DNA of 64,000 bases. Origin: Lama glama. Lineage: Eukaryota. Location of the stretch: contig CM052823.1 of NCBI GenBank assembly GCA_028534125.1, positions 9,796,001 through 9,860,000 on the forward strand, read 5' to 3'. Under the pieces are notes generated by a model. That model saw only the letters and a list, made by a program, of their open reading frames with translations. It ran no database searches and was not told the DNA's origin. Shown here in pieces: positions 50,647 to 61,628 of the stretch; position 1 is the stretch's first letter; each line of letters starts with the position of its first letter. The translations under genes and the position numbers were made by a program.

Positions 50647-51361
50647 CTTAGATTTTGGCCCCAGGAACTCCCAAACTCTCCCAGCACCTGAGCTAAAGCT
50701 GGTTTAAGCAGCTGATCCTGGTGCTGGGCTAATCCATGCCAGGAAAACCCTGCATGCCCCAGCTGGGGACAGGGGACACTCGTCACCTCTCAGCTGGAGC
50801 TGGACAGGTATGGGCTTGCCTATCCCAGGGCAGAGGGCTTTGGGGCCCTTTCAGCTCCAGCCCAGCCTCCTGCGTGCAGAGCGCAGCAGCACAAGGATCA
50901 CAGAGGAAAGGAAAACCAGACACCTCCTTCGTTCCCGGCTCCACCCCACCCCACCCCGCCTCCGTGGCCTGAGGACACGCACCAAGGCTTGGAGTTGCCC
51001 GAGTACATTCCCGCCCACGGTCTCCATCACCCGCGTGACAGAGTGCAGGGTTCTCACCCTGTTTTGCAGAAGCAGCAGCTACAGTGTGAAGATGAGTTTT
51101 ACCAAAAAGGGAACTAGAGTTTGCAGCCCCACTTTAGAGGACAGAAATGAGGCTCAGAGAGGTTAACCAATGTACCCAACATCACACATCTTGGAGAAGT
51201 CAGGACTGGAACCTACTATTTGCTTCACTCCAGAGCCCATACTCACCCACTGCACCACGCTGCCCTGGGGGACCACCCCACTTGCAGATCCTCCCCAGCT
51301 CACTTATTTGGCCTAATGGCAAGCAAAGAGTGACTGTGTTACAAAAAGTCAACTGTCATTC

Positions 51362-52300
51362 TTTTTTCCAATTGAAGTGAAATTCACATAACATACAACT
51401 AACCATTTTAAAGTGTACAAATTCAGTAGCATTTAGTACACGTACAGCGTGCACACCCCGTGTAATTGCAAAACACTTTCTTCACCCCAAAATAAAACTC
51501 CCTACCCACTGACCAATTACTGGCCATTATCTCCCCTCCCCACAGCACTTGACAATCATCAAACCAATATGCCTTCTGTCTCTCTGGATTTGCCTATTCT
51601 GGACATTTCATATAAATGGAATCATACAATATGTGGCTTTTTGTGTCTGGCTTCTTTCACTCAGCATCATGTCTTCCAGGCTCTTCCAAGTCAAAGCATA
51701 TAACCCTTCATTCATTTTAATGGCTAAGTACTATTCCAGTGTATGGCTCGCCCACGATCTGTTTATTCATTCATTAGTTCATGGGCATTTGCTTCCACCT
51801 TTTGGCTGTTATGAACAATACTGCGTTGAGATACAAACTACTATATGTAGAACAGATAAACGACAGGGTCCTACTATACAGCACAGGGAACTATATTCAG
51901 TATCTTGCAATAAACTATAAAGGAAAAGAATCTGAAAAAAATTTATAAATATGTATAACTGAATCAGTTTGCGGTACACCAGAAATTAACATTGTAAATC
52001 AACTATACTTCAATTAAAAGGAACTACGGCTATGAATATTTGCACACATGTTTTTGTTTAAGCACCCGTTTTCAATTATATTGGGTAGACACCTAGGACT
52101 ACAACTGCTGGCTCATATGGGGATTCCATATTTAACTTATTTAGGAACCTCTCAACTGTTTTCCACAACAGCTAAACCATTTTACATCCTTACCAGCAGT
52201 GTATGAGAGTTCCAGTTTCTCCACGGTCTTCCCAACTCTTGTTTTTCCCTCTTTTTTTTTTTAATCACAGCCATCCCAATGGGTGTGAAGTAGCATCTCT
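51362..52300 (-). mobile_element. Old L1M (L1MB-like) 3' region, interrupted by a younger L1
   Basis: aattgaagtgaaattcacataac…ggatttgcctattctggacatttcatataaatggaatcatac…ccatcccaatgggtgtgaag. Confidence 0.85.
51826..52020 (+). mobile_element. Short artiodactyl-type L1 3' end nested in an older antisense L1
   Basis: tacagcacagggaactatattcagtatc…aatcaactatacttcaattaaaa. Diverged TSD gaacaatactgc/gaactacggc. Confidence 0.85.
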
Positions 52301-52317
52301 CACTCTTTTGATCACAC

Positions 52318-53171
52318 GCACCTGCCCACGGGAGTGGCCTTGAGTATGGGAGAACACCTGTGTGAAAATCCTCCATTTATGGAGATTAGCTTTGTGCCTT
52401 GAAGACACTCAATGAAACGTACTCTAGAATGCTCAGTCCATGCACGTGAGTAAAGGGCTGAATTATACTTCATCCTACCAAGCCCAATCCCTAGAAAGGG
52501 ATTCAGTAAAAAGCAGTGACTGTTTGAAGGGAACCTAATCATTGGTTTAATTTCTCACATTTCCCTGGTCTCATTATCAGAGGATCTCGGGGGGGGGGGT
52601 CATGACCTCATTTCTAATCAGATTTAGATTATTGTTGTAACTCCGCAGGCCAGCAGGCACCAAAAAAAAAAAAATGTACTCATAATCTGTTGACATTTTG
52701 TTACCCAGAGGACTCAAAAACACATGTGCATTTCAAAATTTAATAAAAGCAAAAGATAGGAGCAAATGTTTAAAGAGAATTAAAGATCTATTAACAAAAA
52801 TAGGGCAAGAAAGCAAATTGCAAAACATTATACCTAACGTTTAAAGGTCCCCTAACTTTGTGTAATAGGATGTTGAAACGCCTGGTTTTTTGAGGCTCAG
52901 TATATTGAGAGCATGAATTTAAAATTCAGGCTTAGTTCTCAAACCCTGAGCATAATGAGAAAATGTGGCAAGAATTGGTGATGCTGAGTTAAAGAAGGGA
53001 AGGCAGAGGCCGGGGACTGTTGCAAGGGACACTTCTGGAATATCCGAGCCTTCTGCAAACTGGATACAACATGCTCTGTACCCACCTGCACGGCACCTGC
53101 CCATGGGAGTAGCCTTGGGTATGGGAGAACACCTGTACGAAAATCCTCCATTTATGGAAATTAGCTTTGTG
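52318..53171 (+). repeat. Dispersed direct repeat of 79 bp (52318-52396 and 53093-53171), 73/79 identical
   Basis: Manual ungapped alignment gives 6 mismatches, all transitions. Confidence 0.95.
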
Positions 53172-56100
53172 ACTTGATGCCACCTTCCGAGGGACTGATC
53201 GCTTGTAGACCTGTGACCAGACAGACACGTCCTTCAAGATGATCCAACTTGATCTTACAAGAGGGGACCAATTGACACCACTGCTCCAGCCTCCCCTTCT
53301 GGGCATAGGCACTGCACTGACCGTGGCACAGTGGCCCTGCCTGGCTCAGGGAGGGTGGGGTTAAAATCACACTGGGTCAAAATCATTCCTGACAGTCCTT
53401 GAAACCACTCTTCCATCTTCAGGGGCCATGTCTGGGGAAGAACGAAAGCAAAGAGCTTTCTAGAATTTCCTCTGCATTCTGGCTAGGCCTCCTTTTCCCA
53501 AGGAGGCAGTGAAGATTGAGGTCTAGTTTGAATAAAGAATAAAACCAGTTCATTTCTCAGATGCAGTAATGGTGGTTATGTCACCAAAAAAATAGCGTTT
53601 TAAAGATACATGCTAAATTACTGATGAATGATATATGATGTGTGAAATAACACTATGGGAAGGGGTAAGGGGGGGTATTGATAAAACAGGATTGGCCATG
53701 AATCTGGGTGATGGACATGCGGGGGGTCATTATACTATTTTCCCTAACTTTATATTTGTTTGAAATTTCCCATTGTTTTTTAAAATAAGGCTAAACTTGG
53801 TCAAACACATACACACATACAGAGCGAGGTGAAGGGTGTTCTTTCTCATTAGAATGACATGCGGCTGACCAAACCCATGGAGTTCACTGTTCCTATCCTA
53901 AAAGTCCAGTGGGTGTGGAGACACATCTCCTCCCCACCCTTACTCTTAGTGTTGAGCCTTCCTGATGCATGAAAAGCCCAGAAAGAGAACAGCTGATGCA
54001 GAGCCTAACGAGCCTTCCCTTAGTGGGTGCTGGTGAGCAGCTGCAGAGCAAAGGGTCAAGGAGGCAAAATGGGGCTACCCCTCTGCCATGCGGGGGACAC
54101 AGACCCCTGGAATGGTGTGCCCATCTTCGCTCATTCTGCTCCCTATGGGCCCTGAATAAGGCACATCTCCTAGGGTCTGTTTCCGCCCAAGTATCCATCT
54201 TTCTTAAGAACTACAGTAATACCCCCGTTCTCTTGGATTCAGTGAGGTACCAAAGTAATGCAATAAGCAATGTTCCACCCACATCTTTGAAACCTACAGG
54301 CTGACATCGTCCCCACTCTATGGGCGGGAGAAGTGAGTTCAGAAAGGCTAAGAGCTAGATGACGGTCCAAGGACGTGACGCTCTATCCAGATTCCGGAAG
54401 CCTGGGCACCCTTTGCTGCAAAGTACTTCCTCCGAAGTCCCTGATTGGACATTGCTGTCACATCCTGGCTCTGCAATCCACGCTCTCACATAGAGCCTGG
54501 TGCACAAGAGACTCCCTGCCTGCCTCCTGCACCCCAGGGATTGAGAGCAGCAGTTCCCCTGCACTCCTCTCCCCTGTGTCAGCCTCAGGCCACCAGTGGT
54601 AAATACCTGTGGGCAGTGGCTGCTCAAGGTCAGAGCTAGCCTAGGTCATGGGTTCCCCACACAGCTTGCTGCCTCACTTATTCAGCTGGTGGGGGGGGTG
54701 TAGCATGGAAAGTGGGTCCATCTCCTGAGACTTGAATGCTCTGACCGGTCCCCAAGGGCTGCAAGGAAACCCAGACTCACTAGAGACCCCTCCACCTGTG
54801 AGTGCCCCCCAGTACTGATTCATGTCTACACACCTTCACACAGGCCCCTCCTCTGCCGCCCTAATTCCTGCCCCCACTTCACGAGGCAGCTCAGGACCCC
54901 GAGAGCCCTTTCTGGCAGCCACAGGCTGGGTCCCTTCCTTTATGATGTGTTTTATTTATATAAGCACATCATTGCCTGCTTCCCTCCGAGTCATCTTTAT
55001 ATCCCAGATCCTCGGGTTCTGGAACAGATCACTCTGTCCCTGATTCACACTCACTGACTATGACAGTCTGAGGGTGGATCAGGGCCACGACCCCTTTTAA
55101 GTGTACACCTCTTCAGACACAGCCCAAGTTCACAGCAGGTGTCAAACACCTGAGGAAATACTGAACACCATGCGGTATCTTCTCCCCCGGACCAGGAGCC
55201 CAGCCCAGCACGGTGGTGTCTGGCCAATGGCATGGAAGAGAGAGAGACCATGGTGATCGAGAAAGGGTCAGTTCCAGTTGGGGACACTGAACCAGGCCCC
55301 AAAGGCCACCCAAGAGTGTGAAATGAGTGTTGTGTTTGCAAAGCCACTGAGACGGAGATACACTGGAGACCTTGCGTGTCTGAAAATGTCTTTATTCTGC
55401 CCTCAACCTCGTTTGGAGGCTCAGCAGGACAGAGAATTCTAAGCTGGAACAATTTTCAGGATTTCCAAGGTGTTACCTCCCCAGCCTCCTGGCGCCCAGG
55501 GCTGCTGCCAAGATGTCTGATGCCACCCTGGGGCCCTTTGGAAGTGACCTCTCTCCTCATTTTACAAACTTCTAGACACTTTATGAAACGCTGGAGACAA
55601 TTTCGCAATGAGAAGCCTAAGTAAGGCCCATTTTCATCCATATTGCTGAGGACTTAATGGGCTTTTCATTTGAAAATTCGGTTCCAAGAAGTGTTCTTTA
55701 ATCGTTTTTAATAATTCCCCCCCTCCATTTCTCCCGTCCTCTTTCTAGATTATTCTCATCTTGAAATTTCTGATCTCTTCCTCTCATTTTCTTACTTTTC
55801 CCCTCTTGTTTTAAGAAAAGTCATGTTTTATTTATAGAAATATGTTAAAATAATATTTTTCAAACGAATGAATGGGTGAACAAATGCAAACCAGAGCAGT
55901 AAGCACAAGAACACCATTCACAGAGTATCTCTAAGAGTCAGAGAAGTTCACTGAACAATAATCGCCCTTTACATTTGTGTGGGAAGCAGGACAGATTATG
56001 AGCCCCATCCTCCCAGGAAAGAAACTGAAATCCACAGAGGTCACAGTTTCCCAAAGTCACACAGTTAACATGTGGCAGATTCAGGCAATCTCAGATTCTG

Positions 56101-56431
56101 TTTTTAATTTTTGCTCTATAGCCAGGAGACTCTCAGTTTTATCTTTGAGCCATGTTTTAGTTCCTCATTCACTTGTACTCCAATTCATGGGCTCTCTCTT
56201 GCAAATTTTTTTATATTCACTTACTTTGAGACTTTTCAAACCTAAAGTTTAAAGAATAATACAATGAACGCCTATGTCCCCCTAAATCGACCAATTAATA
56301 TTCGCCACATTCACTCTCTGTATATCATACATTTGTTTTGCTAAACCATTTGAAAACAAATTGTTGACATGAAATTCAGCCCTAAAGACTTCAACACCTT
56401 TCTCCTTCGAACATTTTCCCCTCCATAACAA

Positions 56432-56655
56432 CTAGTCTTAACCAAGGGTGATTTTAGCCTCTCCTCTCCTCTTCCCAAGACACATCTTACGACATCTGGA
56501 GACACTTTGGACTGTCAAGACTTGAGGGGGTGCTACTGGGATCTGTGGGTAGAGACCAGGGATGATGCCAAACACCCTACAATGCAAAGGACAGCCCCTT
56601 CCCCAAAGAATGATCTGGCCTGAAATGTCAAAAGTACCTAAGTTTAGAGACCCTG
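56432..56655 (+). mobile_element. MER20 hAT MITE
   Basis: ctggagacactttggactgtca…gctactgggatctgtgggtagagaccagggatgatgccaaacacc…gagaccctg. Confidence 0.8.
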
Positions 56656-59540
56656 CTCCTACCCGCGTCACTAACATGACTGTCAAGGAATTTAATCTTC
56701 ATATAACACTACCCACAGCTCATATCCAGATTTCTCCAAATGTCCCCCAAATGCGTTTTGCAAATGTCTACTTCTCCCAGTTTTGGATCCAACTAGGGCA
56801 TTTATGGGTAGACATATCATCTTCACCTCCATTGTTCTACAGTTTTCTCCCCATTGAGATAGCTGAGGTCTCCACATCTACAGTTTCCTGGAGACGGATC
56901 CACATATGGATTTGTCTGTGTCCCCAGGATTAGATCCACACTAAACATCTTGGCAAGAATACTACATAGTAATGCAAAGTCTACTCTCATCTTAGGAATA
57001 TATGCCTGGTGCCGGCTTTCACCTCCCTCCCTGCAGAGACGGTTGCCTCCAAATTGATTTTATTGTTTGTCTTTACAAAGTCAAGGCTCTCCGTGGATGC
57101 CAGGTGACTCTTAGCCATCTGGGCTCACACGAGAGGCATGAAGGGCAGCCTGGACATGCGGGGCACATGGCTGAGGATGGCGGCTGAACATTTCATTGTA
57201 GGGCAATCAGGCTGTTTTGGCAGGGACTTCTGGAGGTCAGGTCTTTAGGTCCTTTTTCTCCGGCTGACCTGTCGCCAGAGAACTTTCCAGTCTCCTCCAA
57301 GTGGGTACGGAATTGGCCACCAGCCTGTTGGAAGTTGCGTGGGGAAGACGGCTATGGCTCTCCACCCAGCAAGTAAACCTCTGCCTAATCCCATTTCTCT
57401 GGGGACCCTCAGTTCCACTCTCTCCGAAAAGTAAACCTTCATTTTTAGCCACAGTAGGAAGGGGGAGGGTAGTCTGGTTGCACAACCTGGGGGAGGGCAC
57501 CAAAATGCTTCCTTGACCTCCCACCAACCTTCTCGTCTTCAGCTCTGCCATCCCCCCACTTATAGTGGCCCTTGCACTGTCCCCCCTACTTGGAAGACAA
57601 CTTATTATTCACAATTCTGCTCCCTAGCTTCCAAAATTCTTAATATTATCTCTTATCTTTCTGGATCTTAGCTTTTAAAAAAGAAAAAACCCTTTTACTG
57701 GTCTCCTAATGAGATCTGGGGAAGGAGTGAAGGTGATGAGCATTTTCAATCTAGCGAGCCTGCATCCTTCAATATTTAAATAGTGAAGAGAGTCCTGAAC
57801 CCCTCTACTACAGGGAATTCAGACACCTCTTCCCAGATGTCTCCAAAGACTTAGGGGAAATTATCAACTCTGGAGACGGCAGATGGACATCTGCTGTCCC
57901 TCCAGTGTCCCACTGGAGATCAGTGGGACAGTTAAAGGTGGTCTGGCGCTGCTGGGGATGTCTCTTTGATCATTTCCTCCTCATCGTGGCTCAGACTTCG
58001 TAAAGTAGAGGCTAACCTGTTAGGAGTTGGTAAACTGCCACTCCTTTCTATCTGGAGGGATAAAAAGACAATCTCAAAGGTGGTGGCCTTGTGGCCCTAT
58101 AGGATGTCCCTCAGTTTGGTGTCACACTTGGGAATCAGATCCCAGCATCCTTTCACTAACAGGGTCTGTCTGTCTCCTGAATCTTTCCCAGAACCAGCTT
58201 TGTCATCCTGCTGGTTTCCTCATTAAGGAGTTAAATAAGTCCTTGACACACGCTCGTTCTCTATTTGAATGATAATTATGTTTAACTTTTTCAAAAAAAA
58301 CCTCTCCAAGTGCTTCTGTTTCTCTGAGTTTCTGCTGCTCTCGAACGCTCATTCTCCACCTCGAATGCTCACACACAGTCAGCAAACACTGGCCTTTCCC
58401 CACTTTGCCCCATGCTATGATGTCACCTCCTGTGTTTTCATCCCCCTAAAGCACCCCCAACCTGCAAAGCCCTTGGCGGGCAGTGACTGAAGGTTTGGTG
58501 TAACAGTACAAACATCGCCCGCAACGGAGCTGCTCTGAACTGCTCTGACTGCTCCCCGCAGGAAGGGCACTCTCTCCCCTTGGACAACCCTCTTTTTCCT
58601 GCTGCTTCTCCTATGAAGAGCTACCTTCTACCTGCTGAAACCCCTTCACCCTCACTCATTTCTCAGAGAGAGCATTTCTGCTCATGACCTCACATCTCAT
58701 CATCTTCCAAACCAGGCCAGGGCCAACCTCGGGACCAGCAAAATCCCATTCCATTGCTCTGCAAACTGTGGAATTAAGAGCACGTCTGGACACGGGGCCT
58801 GGAATTCCAGGTCTGCCGCTTAGTAACTGAGCAGCCTTGACCTCCCTCTGGCTTACTGTGAGCATTTAGGGAGTTAATGCAATACACTGTTAGAACAGTA
58901 CCTCCCACCCTACGGAGCAAGCGCTTAATAGATCCTGGATGTACAAATCCCCATTTCTCGCCAAAACAGCACAGAGCTTGGGCAGGCGCACTGGTTATGT
59001 TCCCAGTTTCTTGTGATCAGAGTCAAAGGACAGACGTCTCAGCCTCGGACGGAGCAAGGTCTCAGGTGCACCTTTTCCTTTCTTCCTGCTGTACCGGAAG
59101 GTGTTAAAGCAACAAGGACTCCAACAATGCCTCGGATGGTACCCAGGGCGTCCATCTGTCTCATCACCCTGTTCCTGAGAATACATCGCCTCAAGGCCTG
59201 ACGGGAAGCTCGGGTTCCTCAGCCAAAGCCAGGAAGGGGGCTTTGCAGAGTGGCCAAGAAGATAATGAACCAAGAACAAGAGGCCCAGGCCTGGTCCCAG
59301 CACACTGCTTACTTGCTGTGTGACCCTGGACAAGTTACTCAGCCTCTCTGAACCTCAGATTGAAAAAGAAATGGAAGTAATCACCCCTTCCCTGCCTACT
59401 CCAGGCTTGTTTTAAAAATCTAAAGAGATGCTTATGAAAATGCACAGAAAAATATAAAATGAGAATTACTACCACCACAATCCTCATTATCCAGTCAACA
59501 GAGGTTATGTTTAACTTTTTTTAAAAAGAGTTTTTAATAT

Positions 59541-59985
59541 AAAAAAGAATGAAAATTCTCCCATTTTTAGCAGCGTGGATGGACCTAGAGAATATTATGT
59601 TTAGGGTAATAAGTGAGACAGAGAAAGACAAATACTGTATAATACCTCTTATACGTGGAATCTAAAAAATAATACAAGTGAATGCAAATGCAAAACAGAA
59701 AGAGACTCACAGATACAGAAAACAAACCAGGGGCTGCAAAGAAGAGCAGGAAGGAGGGAGAGGCAAATTAGGGGTATGGGATTAAGAGATGCAAACTACT
59801 GTCTGTAGAATAGACAAACAACAAGGATATATTGTACAGCACACAGAATTATAGCCATTATCTTGTAATAAGTTTTAGTGGAGTATAATCTGTAAAAATA
59901 CTGAATCACTGTGTTATACACCCGATGCTAATATTACAAATCAACTCTACTTCAATGAAAAATTAAATTAAAAAATTCAAATTTA
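59541..59985 (+). mobile_element. 5'-truncated artiodactyl-type L1 3' end
   Basis: gcagcgtggatggacctagagaatattatg…tcaactctacttcaat plus an A-rich tail. TSD aaaaagag(t/c)ttt(t/c)aatat at 59523-59540 and 59986-60003. Confidence 0.9.
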
Positions 59986-61179
59986 AAAAAGAGCTTTCAA
60001 TATTTGGACAGATACAGAAGAGAGAGGTAAAAAACATAACACAAACAGCAACTCTGGCTCTGGGAACCTTCACCTTGGACCCACCCATAAAAACCAACAC
60101 TGTCACCCGAGGGTAAGGCTTAAGGCAGACGGCAAGTTTAAAAGAAAACAGTGCCTGTGGCCTCCTTCCCATTCCAGTCTTGTTTTTCACAGGAGCGGCA
60201 ACTAGGTGTACAAGAAAAGGCACCCACGGGTCTATCTGCAGAGGGGACACCCTGCATTTTAACCTACGCTGGGCGTGGGGCGCTGGCAGTGACTAGGGGC
60301 GGGAGAAATATGGAAGCAGGCTCATACAAAGTGCCCCCCAGCATGGATTTTGTCATTCAAGCGAATCTGAAGATGTCCTGGTTGTTTCACTTCTAAGCTC
60401 CAAATCCCAGCAAGGACGTTCAAAGGGGAGGGTATCAGTTCAGGGCAAGGAGATTCCACCCCGAGCACTGAAGTCAAGGGCAGCCCTAAGCAGAGCAGCC
60501 CAGTAAAACCTGACACCAATCAACGTATCCTGCTGTGGGGCACAAGGCCACCCCCATTTCTGCCACCTGCCCAGGCTCCTGGCCGAGCAAGGCTCCTGTG
60601 ACCTCATCCCTCAAGGGCTGTGTTTATCCCAAGCATCTGCTAGCAACCCCACCATCCCAGAATCACCTGGCCACCAGGAAGGTCTTCGTGCAGTGGTAGG
60701 GCCATCTCCCCACCCCCACACACTCTGCCTCCTCCCTCCCCAGAGGCTGGACCTTGGGATCAGCTGCTCCCAGGAGAAGGCCGAGATGGCCAACATCCGG
60801 TCAGCACATCCAGCAAGAAAAGCAGGCCTCCCTCCCACTTCATTCAGACCTCACTACAACTACCTCACTTCTCTGTGCCGCAAGTTCCTATTCTGCAAAA
60901 TGGGATAAAACGGTGCCTGTCCCACAAAAGACTCTGCAGATTAAACTAGTTTGTGTAGGTGAAGGATTTATAACAGTTCCTGGCACACGGTAGGCTCTAA
61001 AGTGTAAGTTATTACTAATAATGCCTGTAATTCCACAGGCACTTGGTCGACAGCAGCATGGTGTAATGGTCTGAACATGGGCTCTGACATCAGACGGCCT
61101 GGTTCGAATCCCACCTCTGACCTTGGGCAAGTTCATTACTCTCTGTCTCCATTTCCTCATAGTCTTGTCACAAGAATAG

Positions 61180-61628
61180 TTAACATTGGAAGCAACCCAA
61201 ATATCCATCGACTGGTGAAGAGATGAACTGTGGAATCTCCAAGCTGTGGAAAACTACCCAACAGCAAAAGGGAATACAGAATTTAGGCATTCATCATCAT
61301 GGGTGGCTCTTAAGAATTTGATGCTAAATGAAAGAAGCACAAGAGGAATGCTACACACCGTAGGATTTAATTTATATCAAACTATAGAAAAGGTGAAATT
61401 TTAGTGACAAAAAGTAGATCAATCATGGCCTGGAACTAGGGGTCAGGGAGGGATACAAGGCAGATGGGCATGAAGAAATCCTGGGGGTGAAGGAAATTTC
61501 TACACCTTCACTGTAGTGTGCTTACACAGCCGCACACCATTAACACAATTCTCAAACTGTCCACTTAAAAGGGGTGAATTTCAGGGTTGCACATCAATTA
61601 TACTGCAATAAAGCTAAAAAAGAAAAAG
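61180..61628 (+). mobile_element. L1MC/MD-like 3' region
   Basis: ggaagcaacccaaatatccatc…atgctaaatgaaagaagc…caataaagctaaaaaa. Confidence 0.7.

Noticed and set aside
52318-53171. Direct repeats as LTRs of a small retroelement or a CRISPR-like array
   Set aside because: There are only two copies, with no TG…CA ends, TSD, PBS or PPT evident. The context is eukaryotic with no cas genes.
58276-59525. Shared 16-mer ttatgtttaacttttt at about 58276 and 59505
   Set aside because: Low-complexity AT-rich sequence resembling a common L1 motif, and the similarity does not extend.
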